Virus record (IMG/VR): IMGVR_UViG_3300029746_000018
DNA: 41,266 bases
Source: a virus
Strand: one strand, 5' to 3'
The notes under the pieces were generated by a model. It was not told the origin of the DNA, did not search any database, and saw only the letters and a list, made by a program, of their open reading frames with translations. Positions 31,424 to 39,991 of the stretch are shown piece by piece. The number at the start of each line of letters is the position of its first letter. The first letter of the stretch is position 1. The translations under genes were made by a program, and so were the position numbers.

Positions 31424-32032
31424 CTAAATCTCCTTTATATACTCTCTGATTCCCTTGATTCTTGCGTAGCCCTTATCGGTTTTTAGCCACGTCCCTTGCG
31501 GAATTCCGGTCACATACTCGCCCTTTTTCAGCTTTCCCGCTGTGGGTGCTGTAAGCGATGCCTTTTGTCTGATATTGACCGTAGAAAGCACTCTATAGGT
31601 CTTTTCTACGACTTTCGGACAATAAATGAATCCTTGCAGCTTGTATCCGGTAAAGTACGTGTACGGCGGTTTTAAGGTCATTGTGCGGAACCGAAACTTC
31701 TTGTAACCGCTCTCGCCAATTACAATGGAACCGTCAGACTTGATATCCTCGACAATAGCAACATGCCCTTTGCCCTGCGCCTCACCTTTCGACCAACAAA
31801 TAACGGCTCCAAGTCGTGGCGTATCGCCGCGATCGTAGCCGTCCTTGATGTTCTTATACCAGTTTCCCGCATTGCCAAGAGAAAGCTTCGGTGTTTTGCC
31901 GATAATTTCATACCATCTGCCCCAAGCATACGCTGTGCAGTTTGGCAGTCCGTACCCTGCGCTATGGAACGGATTTTTCCTCGTCCACAACGCGTTATTC
32001 GGTGCGGGTGCTTTTAACCTTGGTTTGTACAT
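31424..32032 (-). CDS. CHAP-domain endolysin with C-terminal SH3b-like wall-binding domain
   Basis: Catalytic Cys in NCTAYAWGRWYE and catalytic His in GHVAIVEDI. The C-terminal segment YRVLSTVNIRQKAS..GTWLKTDKGYARI is SH3-like. Confidence 0.8.
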   Translation of the reverse strand: MYKPRLKAPAPNNALWTRKNPFHSAGYGLPNCTAYAWGRWYEIIGKTPKLSLGNAGNWYKNIKDGYDRGDTPRLGAVICWSKGEAQGKGHVAIVEDIKSDGSIVIGESGYKKFRFRTMTLKPPYTYFTGYKLQGFIYCPKVVEKTYRVLSTVNIRQKASLTAPTAGKLKKGEYVTGIPQGTWLKTDKGYARIKGIREYIKEI

Positions 32033-32044
32033 ATCTTCTCCTTT

Positions 32045-35000
32045 CTAGTACGGACTGTGTTTCGCCGTACTAAGCGCCAAAAATATTGCCTTCTTCTGCG
32101 CAGTGCTGAATCCGCTGTTCTGATTGAAAAAGGACACAATTTCGTCTTTACTGTAGCTTCCGTTTCCGTTTGCGTCTATGAATTCTGCCACTTGGTCTAA
32201 TTGATCAGGTGTAACGCCCGATTGCTTTAGCCAAGTTGCACGCTGAACGGCTCGTTCTGATGTCATAACTGATGCCACATCCACAGATTGACCATTATCG
32301 AGTAAAGCATATGCTTGACCGATAGACTTCTTGTACCCACTGTCCTTTACGATGGTTTTTGCAGTGTTTACATCGTCCAATGTAACACCGCGTTTCTTTA
32401 ATTCTGTTGCATCATCAATCGCGCTTTGAGATGTCATAGCCTTTGCTAATTCCGGAGATTTTCCGTTTTCCAATAGTGCATACGCCTTGGCAACGTTGCT
32501 GTCGAAGCCTTGCACAATGCTCTTTGCCTCTGCATAATCCTCTTTGCTGATGCCAAGTTTCTTGAATTTCTTTTCATAGCTTTGCTTCTGCTGTGTATTC
32601 ATTTGCGTTTCATATTCCGGATTATCTTGATACGCAGAAACAGCCGATTGCACCCTTTGGCTTGCGCTGCGGGCTATCTCATTCTTCTGTTCTCTGATTG
32701 CTTTAATTTGACGATCCTTTTCTGCTTTCGATAGACCGCTAGACAAAATCTCACGTTCTTGCTTAGACAAGTCGGATAATTCCTGTTGAATAGCGTTGTA
32801 TGTCTTATTCTCTACATACGCTTGACCTTTGCCGCCAGTCAAGATTTTTTCGTCATTCGCGGCACGTTCCGCATTTTCCTTGTTATCGTAGAAATCGGAA
32901 ACAACGCCCGATGAGAATCTAGGGTCTGCGGTGAACCTGTTGACAAATGGGTCTATTGTAGCACCTTTGATTCTTTCTCCTATACCCTGCAGCTGCGGGT
33001 CAGTTACCGCTTGACCTACTTGCCCTAGATACCCGCCGAAACTGTCAAGCAGATAATCGACTTTCATCGGACTTTTTAAGGTGTCGGATGGTATTCTAAG
33101 GTTATTTGCCACATTGGAAATCCCCTTTGCTAGTCCGCTTGTCGAGTAGTCATATTGCAGCTGCGGCGAAACATTTTCGAGATTCTTCGGAACGATAGAA
33201 CGCCCCGCAAAGTCCTTGTTTTGCGGCAAGTTTAAGGCAAGCGGAGAAAGAACATTGTCTGTAAGCGGATTCGGAGGAAGAAAGTTTGTTTTTAATGTTT
33301 CCGCGTATCCGTTCCAAGGGTTGGCTTCTCCGCTCAAATACCCTGCGATAACGTCCATTGAAGAAGCAAATATTGACCCGTATTCTCTATTGAGCGGTAT
33401 TTTGATAAATGTCTTTGCGTTTCCGCTCTCATCAATCTCCCCTGCAAGGTTTGGAATACAGAAGTAGTTCTGTTTGGTTCTGTCGTTAAGGTCTTGATAA
33501 TGCGGGTTTGACCAGTTATTTACCATTAAAAGCGCATACGGAACTCCAACGACTTCAAGGCTCCTAGCCGCTGTTCTGACTGGATGTGCCTTGGCTGTTC
33601 TAACAAACTTGTCAATACCTTGTACTGCCGCATTGAGGTAAAGCGTCCATGCGTCAAGGAATTTTGTGACCTCTCCCGCTCTCGAGAAGTTTACCGTCAC
33701 TTCCGCTGATTCCGTCAATGCCCTTGCTGCATCTCCATGCGCTTCCATAGAGGACATAAACTCTGCAAATCTAGGTATGGATTCTGTTGCTTCACCGACG
33801 GAGCCAAGGACTGTTTTCATGCCCTCCCATATATTCCTAATAGGATTTTTGCTCAAAGATAAATTCTTTTCAAAACCCTTATTCGCCTTGATATATCCGG
33901 AAGACTTACCGCCCAAAGCAAGGTATCTTTGCCACATATCGCCGTTTGTAGCAATTTCCTTGATGCCTCTGAACATATTCTTTGTCGTTTTGAGCATTCC
34001 ATATTCAGATTGAATCAATGCGGTAGGGATATCTCTTGCTGCATTCGATATAGCGAATAATGGGTTGTATCCAGTGATTCCCGCTTTTAATGGGTTCGTA
34101 ATGGACTTTCCAATGTTTGCAAACATCTGCATCTGCGGCGAACCGATAAGATTATCCAGTTTTCCAAAAGCCTCCGCTAGGTCCTTGTTGATGTAGGCTG
34201 TGACTTTTTGACCGTTTTCCATTGCGGATATGGTGTATACTTTGGAGTTTACTTCTTTCAACGCTTCTTGGTCCGCTAATGACAAAAACTCATCAATGTC
34301 CGTTCCGCTGATTGGTGAAGTTTCGCTCTTAACGATACCAAATCTTTTGAGATTTTCGGGGTCTTTCCGCAGTGTGTCAATAACGCTAAGATACATGTCG
34401 TTCTTTCGTGTTGACTTGACAAGCTGCTGAACCTGTTCCATCATTGCATCTTCAATCGGCACTCTGTCAAGCGTTGTGCCAGCTTTGGCACCCTTTGTAC
34501 CGGCATCAACGGCAAACTTGCTTCCGCCTACTCTAACGCCCTTGTCTTTCATAAAAGCGGGAACATAGTTTGGATACATGTCGTTCATTGCTTTCCATGC
34601 CTGTTCGTTCATTCTTCCTGTATCAACAAGCCAAGCATGGGTGAATTTCTGCCAATAGTCGTTGATATCTTGCGTCATTTTCGCAAATTCCGGATGCTCT
34701 TTCAGAATTTCGTTTACGATTCTTTGCGATTCTTCCGCAGAAACGCTTCGATCAAGCGGCTTATCCTGTGCCCATCTCGCGATGTTATTTAGATTCTGCG
34801 CATAGACGTTGAATTCCTTAGAATTCTTGGAAACTGGCATAAAAACGTCCTTGAATGAGCGATTATCTATGATGTCGCCGTTTGGATTGACAAGTTTATT
34901 CGTGAAGATATATTCAGATGTTCCGCTTGCGCTTCTTGTCGCTTGAACCGCATCCGCCGCGCGTCTGTCTCCGGCAGCCTTTGAAAGCCTGTCAATCTCA

Positions 35001-36988
35001 TGCTGTTGGTTTACAGTCGCTTTGTAGAATTTATCAAACTTTCCGCTTGCATTTTCCATCGCCTCTTGAACAGTCTTAACGTCCGGATTGACAATTCCAA
35101 GGTTTTGTTTTCCTACAACATCAAAACCACCGACCTTTGTCTCTTTGCCGGAAGGTGTTATTTTGACTTCTTCGGCAGCCTGTTTAATGGGCGGAGCAAT
35201 TTCAGCGTCCTTAAACGCTTGGTTCGGTCTAGCTACATCTGCGCCAAGGTCTTTTAGCTTGACATTATTTTGGGAATTTGATATACTTTGATTAAGAGTT
35301 GATTCTAAATCGACTGCGGTAGGTTGTGGACCTACGTCGGCAGCCGATTTTGGGATCAGCTCTATTTTTTCGACATTGTGCGTCTTATAGTTATTGACAT
35401 TTGGGAATGCTTCTACATCAATGCGAGCGATGTAATCTTCACCATTTATTCTCACATCAGATTCAAAATAATCAAATCTTACAGTGTTTTTAGTCTTTGA
35501 ACCATGAGGAACATATGAACCGCTTCCAACATAGTCGGCATTTTTTAACGCATCATCGACAACGCTTAGGAACGCAATGTTATTCTCTTTTGTTCCATCG
35601 GAAACAATTTTTCCAACCGATTTCTTGTTTAAGCTTACCTTATAAGGCTCTCCATTAAACGAAAGACCATTTACTGTAACAGTTCTCGGTGACCCGAAAC
35701 GTTCTTTCAATTCTCGCTTCAAGTCGCTCTTTCTCGGAGAATGTTCGACAATATATTTTACATCGTCCATTGTACTCCCAGATATCTCAACTGAATTTTT
35801 AACGCTATTAGCTGTTTTTTTAGGTACTTCACCGCTATAAGGATTCTTTATATACGTTGCTTTTCCTGCTTTTTTCCCATTAGCTGTTGGAAGTTCCATT
35901 TTAGGCTCGATTTTGACGTTTTCAGCCTGTTCTGAGATGGTTTTAGGCAATTCTATCTTTGGTGTAACTTCGTCCTTTACAGCCTGTTTTACGACTTTTG
36001 GAAGTTCTTTCTTGACAGCTTTCTTTGAGCCTTTTAAGGCTTTTACCACTGGAATTGCTTCCATGACACCGCCAGTAACCGCATTGATTCCGGCATTGAC
36101 CGCCATGTCCTTGGCAAGTTCTTTGCCTTTTTTGCCCTCGCCTCTTGCCAAGCCTAAATCCATCGCAGTACCAACAGTAGCATCTGCGATCGCGTTCTTG
36201 GTAGCACTCTTTAGGACCTGTTTTGTCGCTTCCTCGCCGATTTTCTTGCCGACCTTGCTCGCAACGGCTTTTTCGGTTGCTTTTTTGCCTGCTTTAGTAG
36301 CAAGTACTTTTCCTGCAGCCTTTGTGGTCGCTTTTTCAGCTGCGCCATATCCAGTAGCATAGCCAAGCATTTCGCCTGCGATGTTGCCTATTTTCCTAGA
36401 CTTCGCTGCGTTCTTTGTCGGTTCTACTTCAAGCGGGTTGAAACTCGCGATTTTTTTGCTTGTTTCTTTCTGTGTTTTGTTTTTTCTGTTAGGAACATAT
36501 GCTTGCGTAGCCGCATTTTTTATTTTTTTAGGTTTGTATTTGCCTTTTGGCGGCTTAGTCATTACGTCGCTTTCAGACAGTTTTTTGCCAGTTGCGATGC
36601 TGTATGCTGTGCCCGGAAGCGAGGAATTTATAAATCCCTCGCCCAAGCCAGTATAGAATTGACCGACTTTATCGTTCTTAAATCCGCCTTTTCTGTTGTA
36701 CTCTGCTTTCTTCTCTTTGGCAATCTGATCTTGCACCTTTTGGCGTTCTGCGGTCGGTAAAAAGTCAGATTTAATGTCGCGCCAAAGCCAGTCGGCTTGC
36801 TGTTTGACCTTTTCCTTTAAGGTTTTGGGGGGTAGAGAAGTTGAAGTTTCCTTTCTCTTTGCATCTTTTCTTGCCCTATCCATATCAGATTGTGTTGGAA
36901 GCTTTGACGTTCTTCTCGTCTGCGCCTTTTTCTTTTCTCTGTCTAGGTCTGCTTGTGTAGGAAGTTTTGACGTTCTCCTTGTTGCCAT
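32045..36988 (-). CDS. giant virion-associated protein (1647 aa; ejection/internal or tape-measure-like)
   Basis: Single uninterrupted ORF. Lys/Ala-rich N-terminal third with a duplicated TRRTSKLPTQxDxDR. Gly/Ala hydrophobic stretch. C-terminal repeats of about 45 aa, and an EF-hand-like loop DANGNGSYSKDE (32141..32176). Confidence 0.5.
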   Translation of the reverse strand: MATRRTSKLPTQADLDREKKKAQTRRTSKLPTQSDMDRARKDAKRKETSTSLPPKTLKEKVKQQADWLWRDIKSDFLPTAERQKVQDQIAKEKKAEYNRKGGFKNDKVGQFYTGLGEGFINSSLPGTAYSIATGKKLSESDVMTKPPKGKYKPKKIKNAATQAYVPNRKNKTQKETSKKIASFNPLEVEPTKNAAKSRKIGNIAGEMLGYATGYGAAEKATTKAAGKVLATKAGKKATEKAVASKVGKKIGEEATKQVLKSATKNAIADATVGTAMDLGLARGEGKKGKELAKDMAVNAGINAVTGGVMEAIPVVKALKGSKKAVKKELPKVVKQAVKDEVTPKIELPKTISEQAENVKIEPKMELPTANGKKAGKATYIKNPYSGEVPKKTANSVKNSVEISGSTMDDVKYIVEHSPRKSDLKRELKERFGSPRTVTVNGLSFNGEPYKVSLNKKSVGKIVSDGTKENNIAFLSVVDDALKNADYVGSGSYVPHGSKTKNTVRFDYFESDVRINGEDYIARIDVEAFPNVNNYKTHNVEKIELIPKSAADVGPQPTAVDLESTLNQSISNSQNNVKLKDLGADVARPNQAFKDAEIAPPIKQAAEEVKITPSGKETKVGGFDVVGKQNLGIVNPDVKTVQEAMENASGKFDKFYKATVNQQHEIDRLSKAAGDRRAADAVQATRSASGTSEYIFTNKLVNPNGDIIDNRSFKDVFMPVSKNSKEFNVYAQNLNNIARWAQDKPLDRSVSAEESQRIVNEILKEHPEFAKMTQDINDYWQKFTHAWLVDTGRMNEQAWKAMNDMYPNYVPAFMKDKGVRVGGSKFAVDAGTKGAKAGTTLDRVPIEDAMMEQVQQLVKSTRKNDMYLSVIDTLRKDPENLKRFGIVKSETSPISGTDIDEFLSLADQEALKEVNSKVYTISAMENGQKVTAYINKDLAEAFGKLDNLIGSPQMQMFANIGKSITNPLKAGITGYNPLFAISNAARDIPTALIQSEYGMLKTTKNMFRGIKEIATNGDMWQRYLALGGKSSGYIKANKGFEKNLSLSKNPIRNIWEGMKTVLGSVGEATESIPRFAEFMSSMEAHGDAARALTESAEVTVNFSRAGEVTKFLDAWTLYLNAAVQGIDKFVRTAKAHPVRTAARSLEVVGVPYALLMVNNWSNPHYQDLNDRTKQNYFCIPNLAGEIDESGNAKTFIKIPLNREYGSIFASSMDVIAGYLSGEANPWNGYAETLKTNFLPPNPLTDNVLSPLALNLPQNKDFAGRSIVPKNLENVSPQLQYDYSTSGLAKGISNVANNLRIPSDTLKSPMKVDYLLDSFGGYLGQVGQAVTDPQLQGIGERIKGATIDPFVNRFTADPRFSSGVVSDFYDNKENAERAANDEKILTGGKGQAYVENKTYNAIQQELSDLSKQEREILSSGLSKAEKDRQIKAIREQKNEIARSASQRVQSAVSAYQDNPEYETQMNTQQKQSYEKKFKKLGISKEDYAEAKSIVQGFDSNVAKAYALLENGKSPELAKAMTSQSAIDDATELKKRGVTLDDVNTAKTIVKDSGYKKSIGQAYALLDNGQSVDVASVMTSERAVQRATWLKQSGVTPDQLDQVAEFIDANGNGSYSKDEIVSFFNQNSGFSTAQKKAIFLALSTAKHSPY

Positions 36989-36989
36989 A

Positions 36990-38216
36990 TCAAACTCCTT
37001 TGTAGCTCTTGTACTTCTTCATCGACTTATAACCGCTGCTTGTTGTATTTGATTTGTTGGCGTTTCCCCATACGGAACTATAATCTAATGAATTATTTTT
37101 CTTCGATGTAGAGTAAGACTTACTTTTCTTATTGCTGGAAGAATTATTCTTGTTCTTATTCTTTCTATTATCCGCAACAGTGTACCCCATTGCCTTTGCC
37201 GCCGCAGCCGCCGCAGAAGAGTTATTGTAGTGAAGCCGTCCGTCAGAATCCGTCCATACATAGTTCGGATTCCTCGCTTGAATGTTCGATGATACTCTAT
37301 TATTCCACGCGTTTACCTTGTTCTGTTGCTGTTGCTGCAAATAGGTCTGTAGTGCAGATAACTCGTTGTTAAGCAACTGCTCACGTTGATTTTTCAAGTC
37401 TTCCATCTGCATTTGACCATACCGCTCATCAATAGAAGATTGTCTGGCTTGGAGTTGAGACATAAGGTCCGCTAGGTTTCCTTGGTACTGACTTCCAAGC
37501 TTCGCCAATGCCTCTTGCAATGCCGCATCATTGCTCGCCAATCCGGACGAATAGGCATTTAAGATACTATTCAATGCTGTTTCACTTGCCCCGCCTGTGA
37601 TTCCTCCGGAAGACAACTGTTCAGCGAGTTTGTTTTTATTCTGCCGATATGCAATGTACTGCTGTCTTGCCGCATCACTAGCCGCTTGATTCGCTTGGTT
37701 CACCCCTTGGTTATATACGTTGCTAAGCTGACCCATGCTCGTATCGTAGGAACGCTGAATTCCATTCAAAGCCGCATCCCATTGGTCTTGTATGCTTTGA
37801 TCTGGTTTCAAACTATCATAACCAATAGGATTGATTCTTCCGCTTGATAATGCGTTATAATATCCTTGAATTACATTGTTTTTATTATTGACCAAGCCAC
37901 CAACCAAATTACCGACAATTCCTAATCCAAATCCACCCGAAGACGTTCCTCTTGATGGAGAACCACCCGAAGGTGTTCCACCCGAGCTTCCTGTTTTATA
38001 CAGCTTTCTAAAAGTTTCGTTTCCGACAGTATTTCCGTAAGAGTTTGAGCCTCCAGTCGCTTTTTTATAAGCCGAAAGTGCCGCAGATGTGTTTTTACCC
38101 CATATGCCGTCAGCACCGCTCTTACCGACATTGTATCCGGAGTTTATCAGTGCATTTTGCATTTTTCTGACTTCCGACCTACTCATGTTATTTTTGTTGT
38201 AAATTTTAGATGCCAT
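36990..38216 (-). CDS. virion-associated protein with N-terminal peptidoglycan-binding (PG_binding_1-like) domain
   Basis: The track GTG start was trimmed to ATG 38216 (MASKIY). VRKMQNALINSGYNVGKSGADGIWGKNTSAALSAYKK fits PG_binding_1. The remainder is a Q/N-rich coil with a K/N/S low-complexity tail. Confidence 0.5.
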   Translation of the reverse strand: MASKIYNKNNMSRSEVRKMQNALINSGYNVGKSGADGIWGKNTSAALSAYKKATGGSNSYGNTVGNETFRKLYKTGSSGGTPSGGSPSRGTSSGGFGLGIVGNLVGGLVNNKNNVIQGYYNALSSGRINPIGYDSLKPDQSIQDQWDAALNGIQRSYDTSMGQLSNVYNQGVNQANQAASDAARQQYIAYRQNKNKLAEQLSSGGITGGASETALNSILNAYSSGLASNDAALQEALAKLGSQYQGNLADLMSQLQARQSSIDERYGQMQMEDLKNQREQLLNNELSALQTYLQQQQQNKVNAWNNRVSSNIQARNPNYVWTDSDGRLHYNNSSAAAAAAKAMGYTVADNRKNKNKNNSSSNKKSKSYSTSKKNNSLDYSSVWGNANKSNTTSSGYKSMKKYKSYKGV

Positions 38217-38238
38217 CTTATATCCCTTTCTAAAATTT

Positions 38239-38267
38239 TTTATAATCGTGTCAGCCTTTGATGCCAA
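38239..38267 (-). promoter_or_regulatory. candidate internal promoter TTGGCA-17-TATAAA
   Basis: Reverse complement of 38262..38267 and of 38239..38244. Lies between the long hairpin and the 408-aa gene. Confidence 0.3.
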
Positions 38268-38285
38268 AAAACGTGTTATGTATAG

Positions 38286-38388
38286 ATAACCCCGAAACAC
38301 AAAGATTTTGATGCATCTGAATCTGATGTGATAGATTAGTTCATCACATATCGTCAGAAGATTTACCTAATTGTGTTTTCGGGGTTAT
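38286..38388 (-). promoter_or_regulatory. about 100-nt nested imperfect hairpin in an intergenic gap
   Basis: Outer arms ataaccccgaaacacaa (38286..38302) and ttgtgttttcggggttat (38371..38388). The inner stem is atgtgat/atcacat. It starts immediately after the stop at 38390. Confidence 0.5.
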
Positions 38389-38389
38389 T

Positions 38390-38746
38390 CTAAAATTGAG
38401 TAAAGTACTCGCCATCTGCCAGTTCCGGTGGCATGCCTGCCTTGATGCAAACATATCTCTTGGTGCCGTCTGTGTAGTAATAGTTCTCGTATACTTCCAT
38501 ACCAACTTTGAACCTAATCGGCTTATCTGCCGTTCCCTCTGCGTTAGGGTCAGCTTCTTCAACCCACGTTATGGCTCCACCAGCTTTTGCTTGATGCGGA
38601 GTCCATTTATATCCGGGTCTTGGTGTGACGATAGACGGCTTTTCCTCAATAGTGATGCCTACCTGTTCGACAATGTTTAATGTTGTCTTACCAGCTCTAA
38701 TAGCCTCTTTGATTGCTTCGAATCTCTCTGTCTGTCTGCTATCCAT
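38390..38746 (-). CDS. hypothetical tail-module protein
   Basis: 118 aa. No motif recognised. Confidence 0.45.
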   Translation of the reverse strand: MDSRQTERFEAIKEAIRAGKTTLNIVEQVGITIEEKPSIVTPRPGYKWTPHQAKAGGAITWVEEADPNAEGTADKPIRFKVGMEVYENYYYTDGTKRYVCIKAGMPPELADGEYFTQF

Positions 38747-38963
38747 TGATTCCCACCTCTTTCTCTAAATCGTCCAAAATAACGTCAACATCACCAACTG
38801 GCGGTTTCATAAAATCTTCGATTTGTGCCTTTGCGTTTTCCTCATAAGAAATGTTTTTATTAGGAATAAACGGCTCGTATTGGTGAACATGAAACAGTGA
38901 ATCGTTTCTGTCGTAAATGTGGTATCCGTTGTCCTCGATTACATAATATAAATCTTTTTCCAT
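38739..38963 (-). CDS. hypothetical small tail-module protein
   Basis: Trimmed to ATG 38963, behind a GGAGGG RBS. 74 aa. Confidence 0.45.
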   Translation of the reverse strand: MEKDLYYVIEDNGYHIYDRNDSLFHVHQYEPFIPNKNISYEENAKAQIEDFMKPPVGDVDVILDDLEKEVGING

Positions 38964-38965
38964 TT

Positions 38966-39991
38966 TTAACCCTCCAAACATAATATTTTTTCTCTGACAA
39001 AAAAGTTGCTATAGATACCATTTCCTCCCTCCTGTATTCTTGAATACCCAGATAAAAGAGTGAGTTTTCCTTTGTACATTAAAAGGACTCCAGAGCATGA
39101 ATAGTATGGTGCAATTATACTATTATCAAACGTGTTTTCTGATTTTATCTCTACAAATTGTGCACTGGATCTTTGAAGATACATAAAGTGGTTATCATCT
39201 ATTAAAAAAGGAATATTTTGTAATTCATCAGAATACAATGGGAGTTTGTTATCAATATTCGTAGAATAATCGCTCCAAGACGTTCCATTAAATCGTTTAA
39301 AGAACCGCGTTTCTCCTGATTGTAAAATATTTGGGCAATACAGCGCATATAAGTAGCCTTCTCTAACACCATACAAAGTATTGATGCTGATAAAAGGGGA
39401 ACTGCTTGTTACAAGCGTAATTGAGGTGCCACTAAATTTGTAGTGATGGAAACTGCTGCTAGTTATGTCTGCTCCAGAGGTGCGAATAAAAAAGTGCAAA
39501 TAACCAGCATATTCTATCGCCCCATAGACATCATATGCTATAATTGGGATAGTTGCTACTTTTGTAAATGACTTTGTATCTGGATTAAATTTCCAAATTT
39601 CTCCAGTTGGAATTGACGGACTTGTATTGTTATATCTATAAATTGCATACAAACTACCTTTGTATTTGCAAAGATAATTCATAAGCCCGCCGGCATAAGG
39701 CATATCACATAAAACTTCATATCCTTTTTCATCAAATTTTATAAGCGATGTTTTAGATGTACTTGATGAACCGTACCGTATAAATCCGTACAAATACCCT
39801 TCAAATTCAACAGGTTTTCCATAGTATTTGTTTTTTGCATTGAATACAGGATCATACTTAGGTACAGTTGGAACTTCTCCAACATTCAACCAAGATTCCT
39901 TGATTGTACATTTCATGTCCTTTAATACTGAACCGTCTATTGTTATATTTTGACCGCCTCCGCCGCCGCTTGCGTTGAACCATGTATCCAT
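38966..39991 (-). CDS. Kelch-like beta-propeller protein (candidate receptor-binding/accessory tail protein)
   Basis: 341 aa with recurring blade-like G(Y/S)LY motifs (EGYLYGF, KGSLYAIY, AGYLHFF, EGYLYALY, KGKLTLL). Lies directly after the tail-fibre gene. Confidence 0.45.
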   Translation of the reverse strand: MDTWFNASGGGGGQNITIDGSVLKDMKCTIKESWLNVGEVPTVPKYDPVFNAKNKYYGKPVEFEGYLYGFIRYGSSSTSKTSLIKFDEKGYEVLCDMPYAGGLMNYLCKYKGSLYAIYRYNNTSPSIPTGEIWKFNPDTKSFTKVATIPIIAYDVYGAIEYAGYLHFFIRTSGADITSSSFHHYKFSGTSITLVTSSSPFISINTLYGVREGYLYALYCPNILQSGETRFFKRFNGTSWSDYSTNIDNKLPLYSDELQNIPFLIDDNHFMYLQRSSAQFVEIKSENTFDNSIIAPYYSCSGVLLMYKGKLTLLSGYSRIQEGGNGIYSNFFVREKILCLEG

